Shown: positions 1 to 13,096 of the stretch, in pieces | Layout of the letters: every line of letters begins with the position of its first letter | How positions within the stretch are numbered: the stretch's first letter is position 1 | Assembly (NCBI GenBank): GCA_000004985.1 | Contig: GG738867.1 | Strand: one strand, 5' to 3' | Length of the DNA: 64,000 bases | DNA from: Naegleria gruberi | Taxonomy: Eukaryota | Made by a program: the position numbers and the translations under genes | Notes under the pieces: generated by a model | Seen by the model: the letters and a program-made list of their open reading frames with translations, nothing else | Databases searched by the model: none | Told to the model about the DNA's origin: nothing

Positions 1-1143
1 GTGGCAGAAATTACCTTTCAAGTTTCGTCTGTTTCTGCAAATGATGTGAAAATTCCAGAGAAACCATTTAGTTTTGAACAGATTCTTCCATTCTCTCCTA
101 ATTATTTGTATGCTGATGAGGATGATGATCTAATATTGAAAGGAGAAGGCTCCAATTCACAAATTAAATACGAAACTAAACCTATCCAATCAAGTTTCGA
201 ATCCTCATTCAATAATAATCGATCCATCATTCAACTAGGATCAAATTCATTTGTAATGAGTGGTGTAACATCCTATTCGAATCATCACAATTTAATAATC
301 AAGCCAGATGATGTATGGCTTGCAATTTCTACTCAATTTTCGAATTACGTAAATGGAAAGTCAGAAGAATTACGAGAGAAATTTGTAGATTTCAAAGGTA
401 AAAAACAATTAACTGTTTATGGAGGTGGAACATTGTATTCTGCTGATTATGTCACTCTTTCGAATAAGATGACTGAACAAATTGAGATGAATATCAAAGA
501 TCCAAGTATCCGAAATTGGATTATTCCAAATTTTTCAACAACCACCAAAACTGATAGAATGGTTGGTTCGATAGTATTGATGGCATCGATGAAAAATTAT
601 TTTGATTATCAGATTAGTTTATCTTGTAATTTACCTAATGTTACCTTATTAGGAAATGTTGAAGATTGGATTGAAATTAGAGAAAGAGCCGAAAGATTAT
701 TAGAATTTGATACCAAGGAAGGATATATGAGAAAATGGGTAAAAATACTTTTACCAATTTTGGATAAATTTGTTGACTCTGCAAAAGGAAATCCTGATAT
801 TGAATGGTGGAATAGAATAGCTCATTGGGAAGGTGGAGGATCTGGACCATCGTATATAAGTGGTTGGATTACTGCTTTCTGTGTATTTTCAGAAAAGGGT
901 CATTGGAAAGGAGACGAAACTTCAGTTAAACTGTTCAACAAGTCAAAGGAAATCACAAGTGAATGGCTAATTATTGACAGCGATGAAATACCAAGAGGTT
1001 ATGTCAATGTACCAATTCAAATAGACGATAATGGGATATTGTATAATACTGAAATGTTTGCTGGACATATGGTTTCTGATATTTTGAAAGATGGAAAGAC
1101 GATTCAACCAAGAGTTGATTGGGCTCTCTTCCTTATTCTATAA
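1..1143 (+). CDS. Hypothetical conserved protein, 5'-partial (ORF is open at window start)
   Basis: 380-codon ORF open from nt 1; the GTG at position 1 is only the ORF-finder start and the real start may lie upstream of the window. Globular composition with a Trp/Gly-rich C-terminal half ([22 protein letters not shown]). No catalytic motif recognised. Confidence 0.45.
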   Translation: MAEITFQVSSVSANDVKIPEKPFSFEQILPFSPNYLYADEDDDLILKGEGSNSQIKYETKPIQSSFESSFNNNRSIIQLGSNSFVMSGVTSYSNHHNLIIKPDDVWLAISTQFSNYVNGKSEELREKFVDFKGKKQLTVYGGGTLYSADYVTLSNKMTEQIEMNIKDPSIRNWIIPNFSTTTKTDRMVGSIVLMASMKNYFDYQISLSCNLPNVTLLGNVEDWIEIRERAERLLEFDTKEGYMRKWVKILLPILDKFVDSAKGNPDIEWWNRIAHWEGGGSGPSYISGWITAFCVFSEKGHWKGDETSVKLFNKSKEITSEWLIIDSDEIPRGYVNVPIQIDDNGILYNTEMFAGHMVSDILKDGKTIQPRVDWALFLIL

Positions 1144-1906
1144 TATTAAATTCCATAATTTTCAGAATAATCTGTGTAGAATAGTTTACTTTCGTTTATT
1201 TACTCTATTACTAATTAAACAACAGTTTTCATAACATAATATTCATAATCACCATGAGCTTCAACAAAAGGCAAAATTTGGTTATGTAAATAATTGAGGA
1301 GAATGTCATGAACTTGAGTCATTTCTCAACAAATTGTCAACACCATCCTTACAGAATGAATTCCAACACTTTTCGAATGGATTTGTCAATAACTTTTCAG
1401 ATAATTTGAATGCTGTACTTTCAGTACTTCTCTTCTTGGCAGTTTCCCATCCATTTCTTGTTTTGGACATGCCTTCGTCCCACAATTCTCTGTGTGGTTT
1501 CCATGAGAGAACAGTTTGTCTACCTTGTTCAAGGAAGTGACACTAGTTTCGGAGCTTGTTTATGAAACGGTAAGTCTTCTCATCACACCATTGAAGCCTC
1601 TGTTTTCACCCAGCATCACCTGGTCTTGGAGCCAAGTGATCCATGGATGCATGAGAAGCTGCTACTCCTTTGATATCAACAGATTAACAATGTGACATTT
1701 TGTATGTTTTGTTTGTTTGTTTGTGTGTGTTTTTTTGATTTTGTTTTAATATTAGATGCCTTAATCTCTCAGCATTTAAGGAGAATATTGTTGCGAGACT
1801 TTTCTAATTATTAAGGTAAGTCGAACAATTATCAGGGCAGTAAATGAGTTCCGTGTATTTATAAACAAATCAACAAAAATTTTACCAATAATTTATAATA
1901 AATAGT

Positions 1907-4620
1907 TTATTTTAACATGTTTTCAGATTCCTCAGTAAGATACTTGCCAATAATGGATTGAACAATAGTATTCTCGAGTGGGGTTGCTGAAAAACATCTC
2001 TCTGCACAACTGGCCATCACTTCTTGAACCAATGATGGAAGATAGGTCTTATCTTCAATCAGAGTGGCAAGTTTTTGTTGCATAAAAGCAATTTCAACTT
2101 GCAATTGTTGGAAACCATTCTTACCAAAAGTGAGACCTCTAACACATTCTTCCATGGTCTTTAAAACAATCTTGAGAACTTCAGTAACAATTTCATTACC
2201 ACTGAAACTGGAATCACCTGCTCGTTGGAAATATCTTGGTGTCTTGATGGAGAAACTTGAAAGTTTCTTGTTGAAAATTCTCATTACATCCTTCACAGCA
2301 TCAGAATTTTGACTATATTTGAGTGAAGAAGATGAATCCAAACCACCATATGAAAGACTTGACTCACCACCACTTCTTCCACTTCTGCCACTTCTACCAG
2401 AGTCACTCTTTTCTGTTTCAGTGTCATGAATTTGACTAGGTGGGAATAATTCAATCAAGTGAGACCTTATATTGAAAAGATCTGTAACTGTAACTCTGAT
2501 AAAGCTTCTCACGTCACGAGGAACATCGGTATCGAGCCAATTATGTGATTCCATGCTAGTTCTGATTAATTTGGAAACCGATCTGGCTTGAATTTCAATA
2601 TAATATACAATTAAGTGGGAAGTACATTCCTTGATACGAATTTCCATATTTTCAATATTGAAGAAGGTATCTTCATCTTCAAGTTCTGTCATACGACTTC
2701 TTGAGGATGTCTTTCTCACTGATTCGGATGATGAAAACTTTTCACGAAGCATGTGCTTGAAATCTCTCAATGGAAGTTTTGTACAAAGTTTGGTCAATAA
2801 GAGAGCTCCGACACATGTCACCTTACGGAATTTGTATTCTTCTGGTGTTAAAATAGAAACCTTGCTATGAGGAGTACCATAATCCTTACAGAATAACAAG
2901 AGAGAATCAATAAACTCGACACACATGGATCTAATCCAATTCTTGTAAAAGCTTTCTCTTGATGCCATAATGGATCCTAGTGGAGTTTGAGTATCCTCTT
3001 CATTGATAAAAACTCTATAATTATCCAATCCTGATTCCAAATCATTTTTCAAATTTTGAATAGCTCCATCAACTATGGAATATAATTGATTAGCTTTGGT
3101 ATTATCAGGTGTTTCGGCTAGCTTTTGAATATTGGTCTCAGTGTTAATCTTGACCAATTCCATTTGATTCATTAAGAATGTTCTCACAGTGTCACCAACT
3201 AAATTGTAAACCTTTTCTTGAAGCTTGTTGTTTGGAATTTCTACAATATGTGAAACGGATTCATTACAGAATAATCTGAGAGCTAACTTCAAGTCCTCGT
3301 TGGAACTCTTTGAATTGTGAAGTAAACTTCTAATGTGTTCAAAATATCCAATGAATAATTGTTTGGTCCATTCACTGAAATCTTTGGTAAGTTGTTCGTT
3401 GGTGATTTGTTTTCTAATTTTTGGATCATTGGTAAGGAAGGTCATTTGGTAGGTATAATAACATGATTGTACTCTTTTCAAAAATGATGCATTCAGTGAT
3501 TTCACTCTTTCACTGGTGTTTGCTGATTCTGTTTGTTTAATTACCCTTTCCATATCTGCCTTTAAAAATTCTGATCTGACCTTCAGATAGGAATCTCTCA
3601 CTTGTTCAACTGGAACCTCCAAATCTATCAAAATGCCGACATAATCTTGAACCTTTGGATCATCATCATCGGCAATATTTAACAAATCCTTTTCAATATT
3701 GGTCTTCATCTTGTTGATAACATCAGTAGATTCCTTTTCAATGTTTTTAAATCCAGATAAATTAGCATTCTTTTTAAATATTCTACTAGCAATATTGTAA
3801 TACTTGACAGCAATATTATACTTTTTCATTTCTATACAGTCATTCAATCTTGTTGGTAATTCCAACAAGAATTGCATTTTCTTTAAAGTTCTGTTGACAC
3901 TGGAAAGTCTCTCAATCTTGTCTCTCTTGTTTTGAAGATTGGAGTTAATAGTTTCCGAACAAGTAGTAATTTTATCCATATTTTGTAAAAGTGATTTCAT
4001 TTCATCTTCCATTCCTTCCACGTGATGTTTCATCTTCTTGATAGTATCTGTTGCTGTGATAAACTTGTTGTAATTTTGATAGACAAGCATTTGAAGTGAT
4101 GTATCCAAATTCTTAGTTTCTTTTCTCAGTGCCGATTCTTGTTGCAATAAATCCTCCACTGATTTGTTCATCAGAGTCTTTTTTAAAAAGTCATCTGCAT
4201 TAAAGTGACTTCCATCTATTATTAATTTCATGATGATAATGATGATGATGAAGTATTGTTATTATAATAATATATTATAATTCATATTATTGTTGTGAAA
4301 AAGTACATTATATAAATTTCATATTAATCCAAATCAACAATAAAATTATAATTTAACACGAATTCACAAAATCAAAACCTACCAATATCTGTCGTATCAA
4401 AAACTTGACTATTATTTACAACAGGTCTTGAAGGTGTTCCTTCATCTCCTTGGTCTTCCTCATCAGCCATGGCACCATAAAATTGTGCCAACAACAATCG
4501 TGATCTCTCTCTTTCCTTGTCCTCGGTCAAGTCAGCCAATGGAGTAGAGGTAACAACCTCCTCCTCATTATTGTTGTTTTTCATCACAGATCGGGAGGGT
4601 GTTCTTGTTGGTGTACTCAT
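1907..4620 (-). CDS. VPS51: VPS51 (GARP/EARP complex subunit, Vps51/Vps67 family); 2 exons: 4620..4383 and 4215..1907
   Basis: Strong similarity to the Vps51 family: MLVYQNYNKFITATDTIKKMK vs human [36 protein letters not shown] vs KLQFLFELPSRLTKC, and C-terminal TFGKNGFQQLQVE vs TFGRFGLQQVQVD. Exon 1 is a separate upstream ORF (RERSRLLLAQFYG resembles the Vps51 N-terminal RRR..L.LYYG). GTAGGT donor at 4382 and TAG acceptor at 4216 (167-nt intron). The spliced junction reads TTDI-D-GSHFNADDF, matching human PTDLNGAHFDPEVY. Confidence 0.85.
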
Positions 4621-4904
4621 TTTTTTACTGTGTATGATAGGAAAGATTTTTGTCCATCAAATTCTGATGAATATCAACACGGAAGGCAATGACATTCTTT
4701 AGGTAAACAATTCTATCTTGATATTTATTGTTATCCCTTCGATACTAAATAGCTGATGCTGATGATCCATACGACCTAAAATCAAGCATGCACATTTGGA
4801 TAATACAAAAAAATTGTTTTTTATTTTTTTTTAAATTTTTCAGTCATCAACAGATCATCACCATCAATAAGGAACGGCTACCTTTATTAAATAATATTAA
4901 AAAA
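4621..4904. promoter_or_regulatory. Putative bidirectional promoter region between divergently transcribed VPS51 (minus) and BIG-type ARF-GEF (plus)
   Basis: 284-bp AT-rich interval between the two inferred start codons (4620 minus, 4905 plus). It contains A/T tracts (aaaaaaattgttttttattttttttt). Inference from gene arrangement only. Confidence 0.3.
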
Positions 4905-7900
4905 ATGAATGTCTTCAATGCCATGTTCCAGACGAGAAAGGCTCCATCGTCGGCCACTGGAACCACTCAAGCCATGCATGTATTTTACATGTTGTCAATG
5001 GAAAAGATTTTGAAGAATTTAGTGAAGAAACAAACCGATTTGAAGAATGCTTGCCAAGAAGTTATGGGTATGTTTTGTTAGGGAGACTTTTTAGTTAATC
5101 AATAATCATTATTGTCATTAATTAAATTAACCTTCATTCACAAATAACAATGGAATAATATATAGATGTTATTAAAAAGTTGGAAAAGAACGAAGCCGAC
5201 GTTCTTAGGGATATTTCTGAAAATCCAAATAGATACTTTAAACCTTTGGAATTAGCTTGTGCAACCAAAAAACCAACAATAGTAGAACCGGCATTGGATT
5301 GTCTTCATAAATTGATGGCTTATGGATATATTGATAGTAAAATACCATATGAAGGGAAAACTGATCTTTTAATTGATGTTGTTGTTGCTACAATTTCTAA
5401 TTGTTTTGATCCAACACAAGACGACAATGTTCAATTACAGATCATCAAGGCCCTTCTTACAGCAGTTACATCATGTGATATCCATGGAAGGAGCTTGAGA
5501 TTAACCGTAAAGACTTGTTTCAATATTCATCTAGTTTCAAAGAATGAAATTAATAGAAAGACAGCACAAGCAACTCTCAACCAAATGTTGAATATTATTT
5601 TCCAAAGAATGGAATCAAAACCACCAAAAGCTAAACAACAAGAAGCTAATCAAGAAAATGTTCAAGATGAGAGTGCTCTTGCACAACTTCAGGAGGAAAA
5701 ACCAACAGAGGATTATATTAATGAATTTGTTGATGGAATAATAGATGACGTTGCCCAACAAATTTTGGAACAACAACAATATGATCTTGAGAATGAGGAG
5801 GATGACGAACCTATGGATGTTATTGAAAGTGAAAATAATGGAGAGTCATCGGATAAAACAAATACACGTAAGAGATCGGTTTCAGATGCTGATCACGAAC
5901 CAAACGCTCCAATTTTTGACAACCAATACCAAAAAGATGCTTTCTTTATATTTAGAGCATTATGTAGATTAGCCATGAAGCAACTCCCTAAGAAGTATGT
6001 TTTTGTTATTACAATTTATTAATTTAAATTAACAATTTAAAAACCTAGTCCAACCCCAGACTCCTTGGAACTTAAAAGTCGTTTACTTTCTCTTGAATTA
6101 ATTCACAACGTTTTGGAAAACAGTGGACCAGTGTTTAGAACATCTGAGACTTTCATTTCGGATATCAAGCAATTTTTGTGTTTATCACTTTTGAGAAATT
6201 GTACAAGTCCAGTTCCACCAATCTTTTCTCTTTCATTGTCCATTTTTAAATCCCTTGTTAAATATTTCAAAGTTAATCTGAAAGGAGAAATTCGTTTGTT
6301 CCTGACAAACTTTTTGCGTATCTTACACAGTGAAAATAGTACATATCACCACAAGATGTTGGTAATTCAGGTTTTGAGTTTTATTGCTCAAGATTCACAA
6401 ACATTATTGGATATTTTCGTTAACTATGATTGTGCTTTGGACTCTTTGAATATTTACGAACAAATTGCTAGTGAATTGTCAAACGTTGTACAAAACTTAC
6501 AAGCTGAAGGAGAATGGATGACACCTACACAAGAACTTAAATTAAAGACAGCATCTTTGAATGCTTTGGTGTCTGTTTTGGAATCACTTGTAAAGTGGAT
6601 GAATGAAAAGCAAGGTGAATCATCAGAGGAACTTAATAATCAATCCGAAGAAATGACTGAAGGTGAATACTTTGAAAAGCAAAGAAACATGAAGATTGGT
6701 CTGAAAGAAGGTATCAAACTTTTCAATAGAAACCCAAAGAAAGGTATCAAGTACCTTGTTGAAATTGGAAAACTTCCAGATCCTGAAAAAGTCGACAAGA
6801 CTGAATATGCTACCTCTGTTGCTAAGCTTTTATATAATACTGAAGATTTTTCAAAGAAGTTGATGGGTGAATTTATGGGTGAACAAGTTAATAGTGATAT
6901 TCTCCATGCCTTTACTGAATTACAATCATTTGCTGGTCTTCCATTCGATAAGGCATTCAGAAATTATTTGAATACATTCAGACTTCCAGGTGAAGGCCAA
7001 CAAATTGACAGAGTTGTCCAAAAGTTTGCTGAAAAGTACTTTAAGGATAACGGAAAGTCACATGTTTTTGCCAATGCTGATGCTTGTTACGTTTTTGCTT
7101 ACTCTGTAATTATGTTGAATACCGAATTGCACAACCCTGCTTTCAACTTCCGTGAAAGAATGTCTCTTGAAGCTTTCATTGCTAACAATAAGGGTATCAA
7201 TGATGGTGGTGATATTGACCACAAGTACCAAGAGTCTATCTATGGAAGTATTAAGAATAATGAAATTAAATTGAAGGGAGATGAAATGGAACAAATTGTG
7301 CAACAATCCCAAGATAAAACTCAACTTACAGCTCAACAAAATCCAAGAAAGAAGCGTATGTTGTTCACTTTGGAAAGCGAAAAGCTCGAAAAGGAAACAA
7401 GAAACTTGTTGAAATCAAGTCAATCACAGAGTGATTCTGATGATCAATTCTTCAGTGCTAATCACATTACTCACGTAAGAAGTATGATGGAAACAACCTG
7501 GGAATTTTTCAAGGAAGGTCTCAAGGCTACTTTGGAAAAGGACAAGTTTGCTGATACTAAGGTCCATGACAATTGTCTCAGAGGTTTGGAATATGCTATT
7601 CACATTACTAGCCGTTTTGATATGCCAACTGAAAGATTGGCTTTTGTTCAAACATTGTGTCACTTTACCAAATTGACCATTTCTGAAAAGGAATATGAAG
7701 CTCAAAATGATCCAAATCATATCCACCAAAATCCAGATACTCTCAAGAACAGATATATTATGCAAGATAGACACATCAAGGCTATCAAGATACTTCTCAA
7801 GATTGCCGAATTAGAAGGTAATTATCTTAAGGACAGTTGGGCCAATATTTTGGAATGTCTTTCTCAATTAGAAAGATTGCAATCTGATGTCCCACAAAAT

Positions 7901-9955
7901 CGTAACAAATCCAAGAGTGCTGCTAGATTAACTATTGAATTGACCCCAGAACAAATCAATTCTAATACCATCTTGAATAATAATATTGACCATCTTGTTA
8001 TTGATAAGATCTTTGTCAAGTCTGGTGAATTGAGTGATGATGCTATTGAAAGCTTTGTTAAGGGCTTGTGTGGCGTTTCTAATGATGAAATTAATCCAAA
8101 AGCTAATAGAATGACATGTACTGGTAACATTAATATTAATCCAGTACCAAGAACTTTCAGTTTGCAAAAGCTTATTGAAGTTGCTCACTATAATATTAAC
8201 AGAATCAAAATTGTTTGGTCCAAGTTGTGGGTTCACATGGGTAAACATTTCATCACTGTTGGTACACATGATGATTTGACTATTGCAATGAATGCTATTG
8301 ACTCTTTGAGACAACTTTCAATGAAATTCTTGGAACAAGACGAATTGGCTAACTATCACTTCCAACGTGACTTCCTCAAGCCATTCTTCCAAATTATTCA
8401 ACAAAGCAACAAGACTGAAATTAGATTACTCACTGTTGAATGTGTTGGTCAAATGATTTTGGGTAGATATAACAATATCAAGTCTGGTTGGAAGACAATT
8501 CTCCAAATCTTTGCTCAAGCAGCTTTGTGTGGATCACCAGTCACTGACGAGGGTTTTAGATATGTCACTGCAATGATGAAGGATGGTGGTGATGTTGATT
8601 ATTTCCATCAAATTCAACAAAACGAATCCTTTGTTGATTGTATCTTGTGTTTGACTGCTTTTGCTCGTAACTTGGCTAATACCAATATTTCCAAAAGTTC
8701 TATTGCACTTTTAAAGCTCTGTGCTCTTCATATTGTTAATAATAGAGTTGATGCTATCAAGAATGTTGACATTTACACTGATGAAGAAGTTCACTTCAAG
8801 TTGTGGTTCCCTATCTTGACTGGTCTCTCGCGATTGGTTAGTGACGATAGAAGAGAAGAAGTTAGAGCTAATGCTTTGAAGACTCTCTTTGAAGAAGTTC
8901 TCATTAACAGAAAGATTGGTGACAGATTCTCTCCAAAGCTTTGGAATTTCGTTTTCACTGGAGTTCTTTTCCCAATATTTGACGAAATCAAGCAAGCCAA
9001 TATCACTGATGAAAGCTGGATCAATACTACTTGTAGAAAATCCTTGAGCTTGATGGTCACATTATTTGCTCAATACTTTACATCCATTCCACAATTATTC
9101 GACAATATTCTCACCTTGATTAGTTCTCATTGTTTCTTTAGAGTTGAAGAGGATCAAGTCAATCAAAATACTGACTCTCCTTTGGTTGTTGAAAAGAAGA
9201 TTAAGAATGAAAAGCTTGCTGAAATTGGTAACGAGTCATTCAAGATTTTTGTTCAATTATGTGGTAAATTATTCAATGACCAACAATGGGATGCTGTTTG
9301 CAGAAGTTTGGAAAGTATTCTCACCATCAACCTTAAACTTAAGTCACCAATCGATAGCAGAATCCGTTTGAAGATTATTGAAACAACTAACGATATTCTC
9401 ACTACTCAATTCGATAACATGAAACTTGTTCACATTGAAAGTATGCTTGATTCATTGTTGAATTGTCATAACACCTCATTGGAATTCAACTCCAAGCAAA
9501 AGGGTAATGCTGAAAATGATTACGAGATTGAAATTGAAATGTTCTCCTGTACTGTTTATGTTAATATCTGTTCCAAGTTGTGCTCATCACCAAAAACAAC
9601 CGAAGAACTCTCTAAACGTCAAGAAGTTGGAGAAAATAGAATTATTGAGATTACCGAAAGAACTTTCATCAGATATTTACAACATATTGGTATTTTACAA
9701 TATTCTGGTAGTAATGCTGATTTAGATATTCAACAAGATACTGTCTTGTGTGGTAATAGATTAATGTCATCATTGGTTCCAACAGTTGTTTCTCTCCTCG
9801 AAGTTTACCTTTCATTCCCTGAAGAACAATTCCTCAAATACTTACCTAAATTCTACCCTCTTTTCACTAAATTATTGCTGACGCAACACAGAGAAATCAG
9901 ATTAGTTCTCCTTGACTTGTTCACTAGATTTGGTAAACAAGTTCTTTTGAAATAA
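4905..9955 (+). CDS. Brefeldin-A-inhibited (BIG/Sec7-family) ARF guanine-nucleotide exchange factor; 3 exons: 4905..5067, 5166..5994, 6049..9955
   Basis: Canonical Sec7 domain in the long ORF (FNRNPKKGIKYLVE...FRLPGEGQQIDRVVQKFAEKY...NTELHNP). DCB/HUS-like N-terminal regions align with BIG1 (DAFFIFRALCRLAMK.. / PDSLELKSRLLSLELIHNVLENSGPVFRTSE vs human DAFLVFRSLCKLSMK.. / PDPKSHELRSKILSLQLL..AGPIFRTNE). GTATGT donors at 5068 and 5995 with TAG acceptors give in-frame joins. About 1630 aa in total. Confidence 0.85.
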
Positions 9956-9994
9956 ATTAATATTATTTATATTGTATTCGTGAAGCTTGCTTAT

Positions 9995-10870
9995 TTAGAA
10001 GAGCTCTCGTTCAATGTTGGAGAAGCTAGCTTTTGAGAAGGTGATTCGAGGAACCTGATTGAAATATCTGTAATTTGTCAATCTCTTGAAGAAATCAAAT
10101 CGAGACGAGTTGGAATAATCCAAAGTAACATCAATTTCCAAATCTCTGTAAACATTCATGACTTCATTCTCAATTAAATTGGTCAGATTTTTCCTACATT
10201 CCTCATGGATAGAATAACTTTCCTCCATTCTCCTTCTCAAATAATAAAACAAGATTACAACACTAATAATTAAAAACCCAACTGTAAATCCAGAAATGAC
10301 TCCAATTCCAGTAAAAACTATGTCCATGTCAAACATCTTATCCACCTTCTTTAAAACTTCATAAAAGGAAAAGAGCAGCACTCCCATCAATCCTATTGCA
10401 CTCAACACTGAAATCAAAACATAAATAGATAAAAACAATAGTGGAATATGAACCTTCCTCAAGTGGCTCTGTACCGTATGTGAGGCTTCTCTCAAAGTTT
10501 GTAAAAAGTGTTGCTCGTACTCTGCCATCAAAACACCATCAACACATTTGAATTCCAAATTCTTACTATCCATCTTGTAAACCACAAAATTAACAACCTC
10601 CCTCTTCATTCTAGTTGACAACAGTAACAATTCAGTAATACCTCCTCCACTCATCGATGAATAGGACGATGATCCTCTATTGAACATCTCGTGATTATAA
10701 AAGGCCTTCAATATCGACTTTCTCTTATCCAATTTACCAACAGAACCTTCCTGATCATGATTACTATAATATAGTGCATTCATACTCTTCCTATTAATAT
10801 CATTCATATTATTATTATACTTCGGGTGATGGTGATGATTTAATTCTTCAATTCCTTGCTCTTCCATCAT
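9995..10870 (-). CDS. Hypothetical membrane protein (two predicted TM helices)
   Basis: 291-codon ATG-initiated ORF. Two hydrophobic segments (LLFLSIYVLISVLSAIGLMGVLLF and IGVISGFTVGFLIISVVILFYYL). His-run near the N-terminus. No conserved domain recognised. Confidence 0.45.
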   Translation of the reverse strand: MMEEQGIEELNHHHHPKYNNNMNDINRKSMNALYYSNHDQEGSVGKLDKRKSILKAFYNHEMFNRGSSSYSSMSGGGITELLLLSTRMKREVVNFVVYKMDSKNLEFKCVDGVLMAEYEQHFLQTLREASHTVQSHLRKVHIPLLFLSIYVLISVLSAIGLMGVLLFSFYEVLKKVDKMFDMDIVFTGIGVISGFTVGFLIISVVILFYYLRRRMEESYSIHEECRKNLTNLIENEVMNVYRDLEIDVTLDYSNSSRFDFFKRLTNYRYFNQVPRITFSKASFSNIERELF

Positions 10871-11290
10871 CTTATTTTTCCTTAATATAAAAATTCTCCT
10901 TTTGTTCGCTTAACGGCCAAGATTTGCGCCTAATTTTTTTTTCAATAAATTCATGAAACAGTAATCTTTGCAGTAGTAATACTGTTCTAATTTTGAAGAC
11001 GTTACTTTAAAGGAAATGGTTAAAAGCTAGTTAATTGTAATGGATGCGGACCTATATTTTCAGTAAGGTCTGCTTAAAAGAAAAGGACACTTGTAATAAT
11101 TTGTGACATTTGACTCTCATAAATTCATCAACAGTTCAAATTGCTCTCATCTGCCTCCTTGTGGTTGACTTGCTTTGTTTGCCACTCGTTCACCTTTTTA
11201 ATTCTAATATTCTCATATGAACCTTTCATCTCACGACTTGACTGTCATCATCGAGTCTAGACAACTTTAAAAAAAAATAACTAATTAAGA

Positions 11291-12265
11291 ATGCAATTCT
11301 GGATTCAAGACACAAAGCCATCTTGGCTGCCAGAAGGTTTTCAAGTGGTAAGTTTCAAGTAGTCAACTGAAGTATGAAATCCTCTTTTTCACATAGCCAA
11401 ATGAAATGTTAAATAAAGTGCAAGAATTGACCAAGGAAGCAGAGAATGTATATTATCAAGTTGACACTGAACGTAATGGATTTTTGAGAAGAAAGGAATT
11501 CAAGAAGGCAATGAAGAAGTTGGGTATCAACAAGTATGAAGCAAAGTAAGTTGTCTTGTTACAATTGACTGATAAATTTGAAGACACATGTTAATATTTG
11601 TTGATCAAGAACGTCTCAAAGTGGTTAGCATTAAGAATTATGTCAACTCCTACTTGTTCATCCAAAGTGGTGGATTGAATCACATCAATACTGATTATCA
11701 AGGTCCAATCACATCTGTAGTTGACCAAAGAACTCACATGAACAATACTGAGCCAGAAAGAATACCATTCGACATGTCTCAACTCTCCAAACAGCTATCA
11801 AACATCTCATTCCTTACTCAAAATGTCTTCCAATCCATTCCACGTCCAAAAAACATTGTTGGCTACTATCAAACAATGCAAGCAGCCAATGGCATGTACT
11901 TGTGCTCTGAAAATGGAAGACTGATTGCCAATCGTCCAGTTATTGGACCGTGGGAGAAATTCTTCCTACATCACGATTCAAGTTGGGGAGTTGATGGCAG
12001 AGCACTCAAAACTGTTTGGAATAAGTATATATGCTGTGAAATTGATAATACAGCTGTGGATAATAGAACTGCAGTTGGTCCTTGGGAGATTTTCAAACAA
12101 AGTATTCCAGATGATGGTGGACAGAGTATGGAAAGGAATGTTTACAAGTCGTGGACTGGGCGGTATCTCACATCTGATACTACTGGAAATGTTTCATTTG
12201 GTGCAACTTCAATTGGAACAAATGAGATTTGGATATGTAAGGTTGTTAGTGCAGTGTATATTTAA
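11291..12265 (+). CDS. EF-hand-like N-terminus plus fascin-like beta-trefoil repeat protein; about 3 exons (11291..11347, 11397..11545, about 11584 or 11629..12265)
   Basis: ATG at 11291, then GTAAGT donor at 11348. Exon 2 carries a 12-residue loop that resembles an EF-hand (DTERNGFLRRKE). A second GTAAGT donor at 11546. The C-terminal ORF contains repeated [RA]xxVGPWExF beta-trefoil-like units (NRPVIGPWEKF, NRTAVGPWEIF). The choice of second acceptor is ambiguous. Confidence 0.5.
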
Positions 12266-12441
12266 GATGTTTTGTAAATTAATAGTATTTAAAAATTGTA
12301 TGGTCGATAGTTAAATACTTATAATTTGTAAAGAAGTGTTGAAAATATGTGGAACAAAGGAAATTGAATCAATCATCTCTCTAATAAACTTAATTTCCAA
12401 CTTGTTTCCAATAATCTTTAGGAGTTACTTTCGAATAAAAA

Positions 12442-12918
12442 ATGTCATCAACATACCAAAACGCTGCCTACGATGAAGTTGCTCATCAACCACAACCATC
12501 ACAACCACCACAATATGGTCAATATCCAGTAATTCTCGACGATCATGGTCAACCAATCCACCATCCATCCGCTCAAAATTATCCACAATTATATGTAGAC
12601 GAAACCATGCCACCAAATCCACCTCTCAAAACTGTTCTCCGAGAAGTTTTTTCACCTTTTCCTAAACGTTTCGTCGCTTCTTCTCTTGCTGGTTTAGTTT
12701 TAACTTTGACTAATGTTTTACTTTTCGTATATTTACTTTTCTGGATTATTAATTCATCAGTTAATGCTTTCGAATACAAGACTGGATATGGTGTTTTCGT
12801 CTTGTTATTCACAGGATTAATGTCTGGATTAACATTGGTTTTAGGAAGTTCTTTCATGAGAATGTTGGTTGAATGTTTCTTGTCTGTTTATGCTTTGAGA
12901 GAAAAGAAATCACTTTAA
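12442..12918 (+). CDS. Small Pro/Gln-rich membrane protein (two TM helices)
   Basis: 158-aa ATG ORF. The N-terminus is Pro/Gln/Tyr-rich (PQPSQPPQYGQYP) and is followed by two hydrophobic helices. Function unknown. Confidence 0.45.
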   Translation: MSSTYQNAAYDEVAHQPQPSQPPQYGQYPVILDDHGQPIHHPSAQNYPQLYVDETMPPNPPLKTVLREVFSPFPKRFVASSLAGLVLTLTNVLLFVYLLFWIINSSVNAFEYKTGYGVFVLLFTGLMSGLTLVLGSSFMRMLVECFLSVYALREKKSL

Positions 12919-13096
12919 ATTAATATTCGAATCCGATTCATCATCATCATCACCAGTATATTAATGTATTATTATTATTGATCAAAAAAGCTAAAATCAA
13001 TAAATGTAAAATTATTGTTTTGTGATCACACAATTTTACAAAGTTGAACTATTTTACAATATAAGATTAATATTCTAAAAGGAATGGTGAAATATT

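Noticed and set aside
1334-1560. 68-aa ORF followed by a GTAAGT-like sequence, possibly a small gene or gene fragment
   Set aside because: There is no recognisable domain, no downstream coding frame to splice into before the VPS51 3' end, and the composition resembles surrounding non-coding DNA. It may still be a UTR-embedded uORF or a remnant.
4232-4260. ATGATGATAATGATGATGATGAAG trinucleotide-like repeat just upstream of VPS51 exon 2
   Set aside because: It lies inside the inferred 167-nt VPS51 intron and is short. It is a simple sequence, not a regulatory repeat I can support.
7058-9060. Several minus-strand ORFs of 88-128 aa inside the BIG-type ARF-GEF gene
   Set aside because: They overlap a well-supported long sense ORF with clear Sec7 homology, have no conserved motifs and have AT-rich antisense composition. 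They are chance ORFs.
12579-12857. Minus-strand 92-aa ORF overlapping the small membrane-protein gene
   Set aside because: It is antisense to a plus-strand ORF that has credible TM helices and an ATG start, and it has no independent support.
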